Shown here: positions 8,146 to 18,565 of the stretch, one piece after another
Numbering within the stretch: the first letter of the stretch is position 1
Layout of the letters: every line of letters begins with the position of its first letter
IMG/VR virus record: IMGVR_UViG_3300043788_000040
Span: 1 to 64,000 of that record
Length of the DNA stretch: 64,000 nucleotides
Strand: one strand, 5' to 3'
Source: a virus
Notes under the pieces: generated by a model
What the model was told of the DNA's origin: nothing
Database searches by the model: none
Seen by the model: only the letters and a program-made list of their open reading frames with translations
Translations under genes and position numbers: made by a program

Positions 8146-11061
8146 TTACTTCGTTATCTGGTTCAAAAGCTGAACGTTCTGGGGCTGAGTGGGCTGCGTC
8201 TGAGCCGCGAGCAAAGCTTCCTGTACGGCTGGCGTGGGCGACACTTCCCCAGAGACTAATACGTTGACAGTCTGCTGAAGAGCATTTTGGGTGTTCGCCA
8301 AAAGCTGCTCAGCAAACTTGTTCTCCGGCTGTGCGGAGTTGAGCAAAGTGTTGTCGGCATTTGACCCCGGCTGCATCGGATCGTAGTGCAGGATGATGAC
8401 TGTGGCGTCGGGTTGACTTACGGACTTCTGTAGGCCTCCCTTCGCCGACCTCTGCGCTGTCTTCTGTATCGGGGTGCCCGCCGCTGGCGTTGACGTGGCT
8501 TGCGAGGCATAGTCGCCTGTCAGCGAGCCTCCGACAAGCTGCTGTTGGTTGTTCAAGGCAGTCTGAAGCTGCGTTGACGGATCGCCCGTTGCTGACGGCG
8601 TTCCCAGCCCGGCGAACAGGAAGGCTTCGGTGTTCTGCAAAGTTCGCAGATCGTCTTGGCTTATTTGGATCGGATTACCGTTTGCGTCTACGGCTTGCGG
8701 TAGAAATCCGGCTTGGGTGAACATCCTGACAGCGGTGTTCAAGTCCGTCCAGCGTCCCCACGGAAACGGTGAGATAAGCTCGTAGCCCTTGTCGTCAGTG
8801 AACGGAATCACGGAGTTGGTGGTCGGTGCGTTAGGTTTCCCGGTGAGCGCCTGAATGTAAGAAAAGTCGGCGGGGCGCTGCGCTGTAAAGAAGCCCGGAC
8901 CCGGATTCGTGTTCTTGTACGACTTTCCGTTGACCACGATGTTCTTTCCAACATTGGGGTCCATGGTGCCCTGCTGTTGGTTGCCGTCGTTCTTGATCAC
9001 GTATGTGGCAAACTCCGTGTCAAACTGGTTGCCCATCTTAGACACCAAGCCCTGCGTCTTGACGGAATAAAGCTTAATCTGAGCAGGAGTTGACGTTGGA
9101 GTGCCGTCTGGGTTGTTGACCGGAGTCGCAAGTGACTGCGATGTTCCCACTTGAGTGGAGTCGTTGGTGCTGTCGTTGCTGACACCGCTGATTGTCCCTG
9201 CGGCGTAGTTGATTGCCAAATTTGCCCGAATTTGCGCATTGCTGGGCGACGAATCGGGGTTAGGGCTTAGTGCATTAGCCTGTTGCGTGTCGGTTGATGC
9301 CTTCGTCCACTGGTAGATCAAGTTCGGCGCAGGCGTGTACGCGGCGAATGTTGTTGCACTATTACCGGACCCCTTAGTCTGCTGGGTATTGACGAGCACC
9401 CTACGGCGAACCGAGTCGCACGTAACTGTCATCGTCGCAGTTCCGCCAACGGAGTAGTTCAGTGAGATCGTCTTGATGTAGGCGTACATGTCCTTGTGCG
9501 GGATGAAGACTGGGAAGCCCAGCTTCAGTTCCGGGCGCATCGGAATTGAAAACGAGTATGTGCGATAGCCCCTGTTCGCACGTGCGGTCTCGGCGGCCGC
9601 ATGGACGAATAGCGTCTGCTTGTCGCCCTCTTGAATCCACGGAACTTGGTACAGCGGTTCCTCACGCAGACCGAACTTCGCCAGCTTGGAGATGTCAATG
9701 TATTCTCCAACTTGCGAGAAGAAAGCCTTGTAGTCGTTGCCGAGGCTCTTCAACACGTTGCCGACGACCGTGGTGCGTGTCCTGCGGATCGCTGCTTGGT
9801 CTTCGCTCTCTTGTTCGGTCAGCATCTCCGACAGGTAGACGACGAACGGATTGTTGCTCTCGTAGATGGCAGTCGCCGGGTTGCTCAAGCTGTTGTTTGA
9901 GCTATTCGGCCCTGTCTGGGTTTGCTTGGTGCGTGTGCCGAGGTTGACGACGTCCAAGTTGTATAGGGGCGGTTTGATGATGATCTTGCCGTCCACATCT
10001 TGGTACGCCTCGTAGTCCATCTTCTGCACGACTTCACGGATGATGTCCAGCCTGTTGACGATGACACTGTTCTCCAAGTCAAGTGCAGTGATGTTTCTGA
10101 ACGGAAAATACGTCTGGATCAAGCCGTAGTACGTTTGGTATTCCGCAACCAAGTCCTTCTCGGACTGTTTTGAAGTCTTGGTCACGCCAGAAGACTGAAT
10201 GTTGTCGTCTTGAGCGCCCCACGATTGGTTCTTCTTCATAGGTGAGGCTTGTCCGCTTAGGTCTTTGTACGGGCCGAAGATGTGGACGTCCTTCACCATG
10301 TTCCACAAGATAGACTGCCACTTAGCCATGAAGCCACGCTCTACAGCCTGCTGAAACGGGTCTTGAGCGGCTTGCAGCAACGAGCCGATCTGGAACATGT
10401 CCGAATGTAGCCCGTCAAGAAACACTGCGGCGAGCACCTCAAAACAATTGCCGGAAGCGTACTTGGACTGCCAGATCGTTTGTGAAACTCCGGTGTGGTG
10501 GGAGGTGTTGACAGACGGGTGAATGTTCGTCTGCATCTTTTCCAACAGGTGCATAATTCCGTGGCACTGGATGCTGATCTCAAGCGTCTTGCCGTTGTCG
10601 TTGTAGCTGATGTTAGAGGTGACGCCCTTGAACACACGACGGTACACGGTGTCGCCCGTTCCGGCTGCCATATAGTACGACTTGGCGTACACCTGAATCT
10701 GCGACATGGTCTGGAGTACGTTGTTGCCGCCAGGCATCTGGTACAGGTACTTTGAATAGTTCGGCACCTGAAGCTGCACGGTGCAGTTCGGCACCATCGC
10801 ATCCGTGTCGTACGTGGCGCTGAACTCAGTCACATGGTCATTGAAGTTGACCAAGGTGGTCAGGTGTCCATTTTTCGGATCGTTGACGAAAGGGTTGATG
10901 AGGTACGGCAGTCCCTCAATGAACACGACCACGTCGGGCGCTGTCTTAACTATCTCACGTTCCTGCACGGTCTGCGAGATGTTGCGGATCATGTTCCCTG
11001 AGGTCGGGACGGTCGTGCCCCCTGTGTTGCCGTTGTTGATGATGTCTTGTGGGGAAGCCAT
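8146..11061 (-). CDS. Baseplate hub (gp27-like) protein
   Basis: RVFKG.., YEAYQDVDGKIIIKPPLYN, IPMRPELKLGFPV motifs typical of hub proteins. Confidence 0.65.
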   Translation of the reverse strand: MASPQDIINNGNTGGTTVPTSGNMIRNISQTVQEREIVKTAPDVVVFIEGLPYLINPFVNDPKNGHLTTLVNFNDHVTEFSATYDTDAMVPNCTVQLQVPNYSKYLYQMPGGNNVLQTMSQIQVYAKSYYMAAGTGDTVYRRVFKGVTSNISYNDNGKTLEISIQCHGIMHLLEKMQTNIHPSVNTSHHTGVSQTIWQSKYASGNCFEVLAAVFLDGLHSDMFQIGSLLQAAQDPFQQAVERGFMAKWQSILWNMVKDVHIFGPYKDLSGQASPMKKNQSWGAQDDNIQSSGVTKTSKQSEKDLVAEYQTYYGLIQTYFPFRNITALDLENSVIVNRLDIIREVVQKMDYEAYQDVDGKIIIKPPLYNLDVVNLGTRTKQTQTGPNSSNNSLSNPATAIYESNNPFVVYLSEMLTEQESEDQAAIRRTRTTVVGNVLKSLGNDYKAFFSQVGEYIDISKLAKFGLREEPLYQVPWIQEGDKQTLFVHAAAETARANRGYRTYSFSIPMRPELKLGFPVFIPHKDMYAYIKTISLNYSVGGTATMTVTCDSVRRRVLVNTQQTKGSGNSATTFAAYTPAPNLIYQWTKASTDTQQANALSPNPDSSPSNAQIRANLAINYAAGTISGVSNDSTNDSTQVGTSQSLATPVNNPDGTPTSTPAQIKLYSVKTQGLVSKMGNQFDTEFATYVIKNDGNQQQGTMDPNVGKNIVVNGKSYKNTNPGPGFFTAQRPADFSYIQALTGKPNAPTTNSVIPFTDDKGYELISPFPWGRWTDLNTAVRMFTQAGFLPQAVDANGNPIQISQDDLRTLQNTEAFLFAGLGTPSATGDPSTQLQTALNNQQQLVGGSLTGDYASQATSTPAAGTPIQKTAQRSAKGGLQKSVSQPDATVIILHYDPMQPGSNADNTLLNSAQPENKFAEQLLANTQNALQQTVNVLVSGEVSPTPAVQEALLAAQTQPTQPQNVQLLNQITK

Positions 11062-11065
11062 TGTC

Positions 11066-12226
11066 TTACCTCCCCTTACCGATATTTAACGGTGAGATGA
11101 CGTAGTTCCATGTTCCGAAGTTCACCGGGTCAAGTGGATTGAGTGTCGGCGGCATATAAGACGTGTCGTTTGAATCGGGGCTGACCTGCGAATATGTGTT
11201 GCTGTCCTGCGCTGCTTGTATAGCGGGGGCAACGGGTGCAAGCTGCGGTGGTGGAACCAAGTTGCCCGTGATCGGTGCGGATGTAAGCTCAAAGGGGTTG
11301 ACGGGGTTGGCTGCTGTGTTTGGAGTAGTAGCCACAGTTGTGGACGTGCCAAAGCCGTTTCCTGATTGCTGTGTTGTGAGAGCGGAGGGTTGCCACGTGC
11401 CGTAGTCGTGCCCACGCTTGATGTCGTTGTGAATCGTGTCCTTGTACGGCGACCCCTTACGGAAGCGCTCCTTCCAAGCGATGAAGTTAATCTGGAAGTC
11501 CATCAGAAATGGTGCATCTGCGTTCTGTGAAATTGTCAGGGACTCAAACATCCCGTACCACATGAAGTTCCCTACGATAAGTTCCACGTCAGAGTGCATC
11601 TTGATGATGCGGCGACTGAAGTCAGCGCCCAGCGGACCTTCAGCAGCTTTTTCCCCCTCAAACCAATAGCCGTTGTTCTCAAACACAACCTGAAGCTGCT
11701 CAAGGTTGCGGTAGGACTCGGTAAAGGGCTGGTACCTATCCGTCGTTCCGAATGCGAAATACTGACCCGCTGTCTTCCCGGTGAGGCTGATCTGGAGAGA
11801 GTCCTCGCCCCACACACCGATCTGCCAACCGGAACGTGCGAATGCCTGACCGTCAAGTGTCGTGCGGTTCACTACGACTTGTGAAGGGTTGATGAGGAAG
11901 CGGTACACTGCTGGTGAATTGTCCGGCTGTCCGTTGCCGCCGAGACCACGGTTGTATAGACGCACGACGACGTAGTCCACGTAAGGCGAGATTGCCGCAG
12001 AAATCTCAAAATCTTTGTCCGAAACAAGTGGTCCACTAGGCTGTCCGCCCTGCGCCAGACGTGCGGCCTCAAACGCTATGCTAACGTCGGAGGGAGCCAC
12101 AGGCGAGGGGATGATGCGCTTCTCTCCACGGATGGGAAGTGTCTGAGGAGATACCTGCCCCTGAGTTCCAGCGTCGGGTCTGACGTCACTGACGTTGTCA
12201 ATGTTGTTATTCTGTGGGGTAGCCAT
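11066..12226 (-). CDS. Baseplate/tail-tube initiator-like protein
   Basis: FLINPSQ...R.GW....WGE...ISLTGKT; YGMFESLTI motif. Confidence 0.55.
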   Translation of the reverse strand: MATPQNNNIDNVSDVRPDAGTQGQVSPQTLPIRGEKRIIPSPVAPSDVSIAFEAARLAQGGQPSGPLVSDKDFEISAAISPYVDYVVVRLYNRGLGGNGQPDNSPAVYRFLINPSQVVVNRTTLDGQAFARSGWQIGVWGEDSLQISLTGKTAGQYFAFGTTDRYQPFTESYRNLEQLQVVFENNGYWFEGEKAAEGPLGADFSRRIIKMHSDVELIVGNFMWYGMFESLTISQNADAPFLMDFQINFIAWKERFRKGSPYKDTIHNDIKRGHDYGTWQPSALTTQQSGNGFGTSTTVATTPNTAANPVNPFELTSAPITGNLVPPPQLAPVAPAIQAAQDSNTYSQVSPDSNDTSYMPPTLNPLDPVNFGTWNYVISPLNIGKGR

Positions 12227-12229
12227 GTT

Positions 12230-13384
12230 TTATCCCTCACTTCCTGGCGGAGGGGGCGGTGGTTGCGGGTCGCCAGTGATCGCCCGAAGCGCTGTAATCT
12301 GCTGCTGAATCTGCGCCTGAACATTGGAGTAGTACAGCGCCGTGTATGTCTTTTCCACTTGGAACGTGAAGTTAAACTTCCACTGGAACGGGCTTTCAGC
12401 ATCCTGCGTCCAGCTAAGGCTCTTGAAATATCCGAGGTAGGTGTTGTTCCTGTAACGCATGGCAACATACCCACGAGTCATGACATCGTTGTTGCGTGAG
12501 TGCTGCTGGAAGCTTGTCGCCCCGGTCTGCGCCGACCAAGCGGTAGGAGACTCCTGCTGCGTCTGTCCGATGGTGCCAAGATTGGTTCCGTTCGCATAGC
12601 TTTGCGAGTGATACCAGATGCTCCCATTCATTTGGAATAGCTTTAGGAACTCAACGAATGCGTCCTGTGCCGCCACACGAAACGCCTCGTTCGGGTCGTT
12701 CGTGTTTTGCGCCGCGAGGATCAAGTCGGCGGGGGACTGTTGAGGAACCGCACCAGCAATCACCGCTCCAGTAGCCTGCTGTTCCGTGCTGGCGTTCAAG
12801 TCAAACTGAGGTGACTTAAATCCGGTGGTCAACAGCTTTTTTATGTCCTCGTTGATACCTACGGTGCTCATGAAGTCCGTTATGCCAAACTGGTTCATGA
12901 AGACACCAGTGGTGCCTTGACCGCTGATCAGGTCTGGTTCCATGCCCCACAGCGTGATGTGCATGCCCGTGCGGGACGGCGTGCGGTTGTACACGTGCTT
13001 GCTGGAAATCTCAAAGGACGAGAGCGACGTGTTCAACTGGATTTCAATGGGTCGCCCGGTCTTTGCATCATTAACATCCCGTAGCATCTGGTTCGGGTCG
13101 TTCCTGTCAAAGTAGACAACGAACGAGACGGGCTGCACGCTCGCCCGGATGCGGGGGTTCCCCGTAACTAGCCCTGTATCGGCGTACCATGCTGTGTTCG
13201 TCAGAGTGTCGTCCGGTACTTGTAGAATCGGCTGTATGGTTGACACCAACTCAATGAGGTTGTTGGTGCTCTTGGACGCTTCGGTTCCGCTGCCGTAGTT
13301 GATACCTGTCGTAGCCGGGTCAATGAGATTGCCCGTCGTGGTGGCCGCTTTGTGGGGTGTCGGTTTCTTTGTCGTGATTGCCAT
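12230..13384 (-). CDS. Baseplate/tail-tube initiator-like protein (paralog of the adjacent gene)
   Basis: RTG....WG.EPDLISGQGTT; YLGYFKSLSWTQDAESPF parallels 11066-12226. Confidence 0.55.
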   Translation of the reverse strand: MAITTKKPTPHKAATTTGNLIDPATTGINYGSGTEASKSTNNLIELVSTIQPILQVPDDTLTNTAWYADTGLVTGNPRIRASVQPVSFVVYFDRNDPNQMLRDVNDAKTGRPIEIQLNTSLSSFEISSKHVYNRTPSRTGMHITLWGMEPDLISGQGTTGVFMNQFGITDFMSTVGINEDIKKLLTTGFKSPQFDLNASTEQQATGAVIAGAVPQQSPADLILAAQNTNDPNEAFRVAAQDAFVEFLKLFQMNGSIWYHSQSYANGTNLGTIGQTQQESPTAWSAQTGATSFQQHSRNNDVMTRGYVAMRYRNNTYLGYFKSLSWTQDAESPFQWKFNFTFQVEKTYTALYYSNVQAQIQQQITALRAITGDPQPPPPPPGSEG

Positions 13385-13386
13385 GA

Positions 13387-13866
13387 TTACAGCCTCAGAT
13401 TCGCATTGCCATCGTTGCGAATCTTATACAAGCTAGACACGTTTGGACTGCCTGCGTTTGCGGCGATCAGAGAAACGTTGTACACAAAATCGGACACGGG
13501 TGCGAGTGGTGGGATGCCGTTGAACTGCTGCACCGTAGCGATTGACGTGAGGTAGGCAGCGAGTGCGAGGGGGTAGTTGCCCGCGAACGCTGCGAGAAGG
13601 GCGGCGAGGGTTGCGACTCCCGCTTGGATGTTCTGAACTTGCTGCGTGGCATCAAGATTAAGCGCAGCCGCCACGTCCTTGCTGATGCCCATAACGCCCA
13701 CACCGTGGGGTGTGATCACCAAGCGGCCGTCAGGATAAGACTGCTGTCCGCCCGAGGACACCTGCGCAACGGCGGACGCTACAAAAGCGTCAACGCTGTA
13801 CTGCGCAGCAGCACTGTTGATCTGCGCCTGCACGTCGGTCGGCAAGTTGATGGAGAAGGCTATCAT
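13387..13866 (-). CDS. SLT lytic transglycosylase-like protein, catalytically degenerate
   Basis: I.SAAAQY.VD....AVAQVSSGG, GVMG, NIQAG..L, ALAAY; the ES motif is replaced by SS. Confidence 0.65.
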   Translation of the reverse strand: MIAFSINLPTDVQAQINSAAAQYSVDAFVASAVAQVSSGGQQSYPDGRLVITPHGVGVMGISKDVAAALNLDATQQVQNIQAGVATLAALLAAFAGNYPLALAAYLTSIATVQQFNGIPPLAPVSDFVYNVSLIAANAGSPNVSSLYKIRNDGNANLRL

Positions 13867-16800
13867 TGCTTTTTGTTACCTGTCGTGCCCTTCTGCGGCT
13901 GGGCACCCTCTGTTGGTGACGACCCAGGCCCAGCTTGAGGCGTGGTATCCTGCTGAACCATGGAACTGTAGTAGTTGTTGACCACGACCGACTGAAACCC
14001 TGCGCCCTCCAGCTTGCCCGCTGCGCCCCCACCGAGGATATTTTTCACAGCCGCCGTCACGGCGCTCTCCTGCGCCCCTGTCGTAAATGTCCCTCTGTCT
14101 TTGATTTCTTCAAGTTTCTTGAGGGTGTCCGCGCCGATCTGGATTTGATCACTCATCGCGTCTGCCGTATCCGCATCGGCTTTAGACATCTTTCCCTTTT
14201 CGTTGGTATGTTCCTTCTGAAATGTGCGCAAGTTCGCTTGCTGGGCTTCGACGTTTCCGGTGAGTTTATCAATTGCCGTACCAACGTCAGTCATCTCCCC
14301 TTCTTTGGCAGCAGTAGCTTGCTCCGCGGTCTGAGCACCTCCCCCAAGAAAATGCCCCGCCAGCTTTGAGACCACCGTGGCGATACCCTCTAGCCCGTGG
14401 ATCAACTTGATCAGTAGAGGCTTGAAGGTGTTGCTCAGAAGGTCGCCAACGCTCTGCGTCCTTGAACCTATGGCTTTGGCTTGATTGATCTGGTCTGCAA
14501 TACCGTCCGCCCCCTGCTTGTTGCCGTCCGCGTTGGCTTTCAGAATTTTGTCTTGAGTCGCACCGGAATCAGCAATGGCGTCAAGGTTCTCGTGAGCCAA
14601 GCTGGAAAAGTCTTTTCTGCCCTCCTCGGTGGACAACATGTTGTCTAGCGTAGCCTCGTAATTGTCCTTTACATACTTGCCCATCCCCTTTGAGGTAAGG
14701 TATTGAGCGATGCCGTCCTTCGTCTTTGACCCCTTGTAAAACTCAGAGAAAATCGCCTTCCCCAAGCGGCTGCGATCCGTGGGGTTCGTGGACGTCGCGA
14801 CATCCCTCACCCTATTCGCGGCTTCGGCACGCATCAGTTCAAACGCATTGCCGTAACCGCCAGCCTTCACCCCCATCGCCTCGGAAAGCTGTTGCACCAA
14901 AATTTTCTGTTCGGCTGATCCACCGCCCTCCATGAGGTTCTTCATGGTCGTACCGCCCTGCTTCGCGGAGAACTTGAGGTTAGTGAAGAGGGCGGCGATG
15001 GTCTGTGCGGGGTCTTCCTTGTACATCCCCTGCGATGCAGCACGATTCAGAAAGTCCGGGGACATGACGCCGCCGACACGGTTGATCTGATCCTGAATCT
15101 TTTGTAGGTTATCGGTCATGCTTTGCTTGACAGTGGGGTCCTTGATGTCATTGATCTGCTGCCTCATCTTGTTCGCTTGTCCCTGCGCCCCAGCGAAGTC
15201 GCCTTTTTGGATGGAAGCGTTGATGTCCAAAGGAGAGATGCCGTGCTTCGCTCCCTCAGCGTTGAGAGCCTCAACGTAGTTCCCCAGTGTTGATTTTTCC
15301 GTCTCTTGAAGAGACTTAAGTGTGGCCGGGTCCATAACTGCCTGAGTGAAAGCAGCCGTCTGAACGTTGCTCATGTTGGTTTTCTGCTGCCCGGATTCCA
15401 GAAAGTCCATCATGTCTTTCAACGACTCGGAACTGATAGAGCCGTAGCGGCTGAGTTCACGCATGACTCCCGTGACCTGCTCTAAAGACTTGCCCATCTT
15501 GTCAAAGCTGCTGGAAACCTCGTCAATGATCTTCAAGTACTTTGTGGTGGATATGCCAGCGGCGGCTGTGTCCTTGTTCACCTGCGCCATGAAGCCCTCG
15601 GAACTTGCCATAGTCTCTCGGTATTCCGAGAGGAGCTTCATGACTTGCTCAACGCCTTCTTGGTCAGTGAGACCGCCGACCCTGCCCACTCCCATGACGA
15701 TGCGCTGCACCTCGCCGACGCCGCCCTTCATGAATTCGTCTTGCTGTCCCGGTCCAAGCCCCATATTGGCGGCTCCCGGTCCCTGCTCACCGATGCCCAA
15801 GCCTTGGGCTGAAGCGAATCCTGAGTTCGCCATCGCACCCGCTATGGCAATGTTGCGCTCAAAGTTGATCCCCAACTCCGTTGTGCCCGTTCCCATCTTC
15901 GGCCGCAGCGCGTCCCGTGCCTGCATGAAAGCTGAGCCTGCGCCTACGCCCGGTTGCGTGAACAGACCGCCCTTGCCGAGGTTCTTTTCCATCTCCTGGT
16001 TTTGCTTGACGTATTCCCCGAAGAGCTTAGAAAGAAGCTCAATGGCACCGATAAGGAGCGTTAGAGGAAGGGCGACAGATTCCAGCCCCACCATCAAACC
16101 TTCAATGCCGCCCTCAAAGGCTGTCATCACCCCTTCAATAGCGCCGCCGCCGCCCTCCATGGCAGCAGCATAGGCTGGCCCGGCATCCGCGCCTGCTGTC
16201 TCTGATAACTGGGCTTCTCCCCCCACAAACTGGCTATACTTCTTGGAGCCACGAGTGAAGCCCATTTTTTGTGCGAGAGTGTGACGTCCACCGCTGGTGA
16301 GTTCCCCCGAGGGGTCAAACATCTTCATGGGTACCCCGGTCTCCGGGTTAACGGTGAGACCGCCTTTTGCAGACTGACCTCTCATCTCCTCAAGGGCTTT
16401 CTCACGCTTGAGACCCATGTGTTTCGCCGTGGCGGTTTTACGAAGCTGGCGGGACTCTTCAACTTTGTCTTTAACTTCCCGAATCTGCTCCATCCTGCGC
16501 TCTAAGTTGCGGTTCATGCCTTTCCCGATGCCCATCGCACCGAGAATGCCTGTGAAGCCTTTCAGCGCTGCGCCAGTCTTGGTGAGCTTGGACATGGCTT
16601 CAGCTAGGTCGTTGGTGTTGCGAGCCGCCTCCCCAAGCAGGTCTTTCATTTCTGAAATCTGCTTCCCTGAAAACTTGGCTTCCGTCCCCACGTTTTTCAG
16701 AAATTCCTTAACCTTGGCGAGGTTCTTCGTCATCTCCTTGGATTCTTTGGTGTTTTTCTGCGCGAGCTTCAGACCTTCCTCGTACAGCTTGGCGATCAGT

Positions 16801-17129
16801 TCAAGCTCTTTCTTGGATTTCTTCGCGTCTTCTAGGTCCTTGTCGCTTAGGTTCTTGAGCTTCTTGCCCAATTCAACCCGCTTCTTCATCACCGTTTCTA
16901 TGCTCTCGGACACCTTGAGGTTCGCCTTGAAAGCCTCGGTCATGCTGGCTACCTGCGCAGCCATCCCCGCATAAGCCTTCTCCGATGCCTCGGCTTTTTG
17001 GTTCGCGAGTTCCATAGCCGACGCCATGCGCTCAAACACATTAGCCGTGCCGGGGTCTACGGGCGGAGATGGAGGACCGCCTCCCGTGGGAGGACCACCT
17101 GCACCTGTCGGATTGGTCGGATCAGCCAT
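13863..17129 (-). CDS. Tape measure protein
   Basis: 1088 aa, helical, Ala/Gly/Lys-rich with a hydrophobic segment, upstream of baseplate genes. Confidence 0.7.
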   Translation of the reverse strand: MADPTNPTGAGGPPTGGGPPSPPVDPGTANVFERMASAMELANQKAEASEKAYAGMAAQVASMTEAFKANLKVSESIETVMKKRVELGKKLKNLSDKDLEDAKKSKKELELIAKLYEEGLKLAQKNTKESKEMTKNLAKVKEFLKNVGTEAKFSGKQISEMKDLLGEAARNTNDLAEAMSKLTKTGAALKGFTGILGAMGIGKGMNRNLERRMEQIREVKDKVEESRQLRKTATAKHMGLKREKALEEMRGQSAKGGLTVNPETGVPMKMFDPSGELTSGGRHTLAQKMGFTRGSKKYSQFVGGEAQLSETAGADAGPAYAAAMEGGGGAIEGVMTAFEGGIEGLMVGLESVALPLTLLIGAIELLSKLFGEYVKQNQEMEKNLGKGGLFTQPGVGAGSAFMQARDALRPKMGTGTTELGINFERNIAIAGAMANSGFASAQGLGIGEQGPGAANMGLGPGQQDEFMKGGVGEVQRIVMGVGRVGGLTDQEGVEQVMKLLSEYRETMASSEGFMAQVNKDTAAAGISTTKYLKIIDEVSSSFDKMGKSLEQVTGVMRELSRYGSISSESLKDMMDFLESGQQKTNMSNVQTAAFTQAVMDPATLKSLQETEKSTLGNYVEALNAEGAKHGISPLDINASIQKGDFAGAQGQANKMRQQINDIKDPTVKQSMTDNLQKIQDQINRVGGVMSPDFLNRAASQGMYKEDPAQTIAALFTNLKFSAKQGGTTMKNLMEGGGSAEQKILVQQLSEAMGVKAGGYGNAFELMRAEAANRVRDVATSTNPTDRSRLGKAIFSEFYKGSKTKDGIAQYLTSKGMGKYVKDNYEATLDNMLSTEEGRKDFSSLAHENLDAIADSGATQDKILKANADGNKQGADGIADQINQAKAIGSRTQSVGDLLSNTFKPLLIKLIHGLEGIATVVSKLAGHFLGGGAQTAEQATAAKEGEMTDVGTAIDKLTGNVEAQQANLRTFQKEHTNEKGKMSKADADTADAMSDQIQIGADTLKKLEEIKDRGTFTTGAQESAVTAAVKNILGGGAAGKLEGAGFQSVVVNNYYSSMVQQDTTPQAGPGSSPTEGAQPQKGTTGNKKQ

Positions 17130-17146
17130 TTAGCTTACTTTGCCTC

Positions 17147-17788
17147 TTACTCCTCGGGCGTCTTCTCAGGCGTCGTGTCATACAGTGCGGCGACCTGCTC
17201 GTCTCGGATGACTTGGAAAGATTCGTCCATTTGCTTGCGTGCGCGATCAATGAGTCGGGTTTCAACCTCGGTCATCATGGCATTCTGGGGGAATTCTTCC
17301 TTGAGCCTGTCCTCGATGTTCTGCGAGTGGTTCATCAGAACCTTCCAGAGAGACTCCACAAGTTCCTGTCCCCAAGTCATGATCGTGTTGCGCAACACAG
17401 TTTGCACGTCACGTACTGCGTGGTTCGGGTCAGTCGGGTCCGGGACGAACCGCTTCTCGGTCGCGAGGGTGCGGATGTCAATGCCGTCAATCCAAGAGAT
17501 CGCTCGGGAGATAAGCTCAACCTTCACACGCTTGATCCACAGGTAGCCCTTGAACTCGTCGGCAGCCTGCACCGAGAGCATTTCGTCGGATGTTGGGATG
17601 TTCGCAATCTTGATTCGTAGGTCTTTGCCCTTGCATTTCAAAGTGAGGATTTCCTCAAACTCTTCGATGCCAAAGCCCTTCAGCCCGGCGATCACGTCAT
17701 CGAGCGATTTCGGGGGTGCCTCTTGCTCCTGCGGCGGTGCCGGAGCGATTGCTTCTAGCTCGCCTTGAGCCTTCTGTACGTCGTCCAT
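17147..17788 (-). CDS. Putative tail assembly chaperone
   Basis: Acidic helical protein immediately upstream of the tape measure gene. Confidence 0.5.
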   Translation of the reverse strand: MDDVQKAQGELEAIAPAPPQEQEAPPKSLDDVIAGLKGFGIEEFEEILTLKCKGKDLRIKIANIPTSDEMLSVQAADEFKGYLWIKRVKVELISRAISWIDGIDIRTLATEKRFVPDPTDPNHAVRDVQTVLRNTIMTWGQELVESLWKVLMNHSQNIEDRLKEEFPQNAMMTEVETRLIDRARKQMDESFQVIRDEQVAALYDTTPEKTPEE

Positions 17789-17889
17789 GATTTACCTTCC
17801 TGTAAGTGATTTGCCAGCCTGAAAAACTGGTTTTGCTGACTAATACTCACTTCCGGGTGACATCCTCAACAGTTTCAATAGGTTAAAGG

Positions 17890-17919
17890 TAGACAAACCA
17901 TGGGGTTAAGCTGTATACT
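17890..17919 (+). promoter_or_regulatory. Early-type promoter TAGACA-N18-TATACT
   Basis: One of four repeated copies (see findings). Confidence 0.6.
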
Positions 17920-17935
17920 ATGGCTGGAGGACGCG

Positions 17936-18565
17936 ATGCACATCATTGAAGAGCTTGAAGGGTTGATCGGGTGGGTCATAAAGCAGATACTTCTCGTCGT
18001 CGGGCTGCTTATCGCGGGGGCGGCGACCCCGGCTATCCTCATCGTGCTTCCCCAACTGCTTCTCATCACAAGCCCAAACAGCGATTTTCTAGGGTTGGCG
18101 ATAACTTTTATTTGGGCTGCTCCGGTGGCGGTGGCGATCTGGATGATGGCTTTGTGCCACGCACATAGCATCCGGTTGTGGGTGCGCCGAGATCAGTCAC
18201 AGGACTGGCAGAAAGACCACGGTGGTTGGATGCGGACGAACATGAAGTCCACACGCTACATGTTTCTTGGGCTGTTTGGTTCCTTCGTGTGCGAGATGTT
18301 GCTGCTCCTGAGTTTCAAATTCGTTTCCTACTCTTCGTTTAGCGGAGTGGCAAGGTACTCACTGTGGTTTGCCTTGTTTCCGTTTGCGGCGTTTGCTCCG
18401 GTTCTCTTGCTCCTGTACAAGCGCCGGAACTACAACGAACCGCTTCGTCTTAAAGCCGACGACCCACAATGGCTTGCTTACCTTGAAACGCTGCGTGTGG
18501 AAGAGGCTGCGCAAGCGGCACGCAAGTCCGACGACGACTTCTTGAAGGGTATGGGCATCGCCTAA
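17936..18565 (+). CDS. Four-TM membrane protein inserted antisense in the tail module
   Basis: Hydrophobic segments; GGAGG RBS before ATG 17936; own promoter. Confidence 0.65.
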   Translation: MHIIEELEGLIGWVIKQILLVVGLLIAGAATPAILIVLPQLLLITSPNSDFLGLAITFIWAAPVAVAIWMMALCHAHSIRLWVRRDQSQDWQKDHGGWMRTNMKSTRYMFLGLFGSFVCEMLLLLSFKFVSYSSFSGVARYSLWFALFPFAAFAPVLLLLYKRRNYNEPLRLKADDPQWLAYLETLRVEEAAQAARKSDDDFLKGMGIA

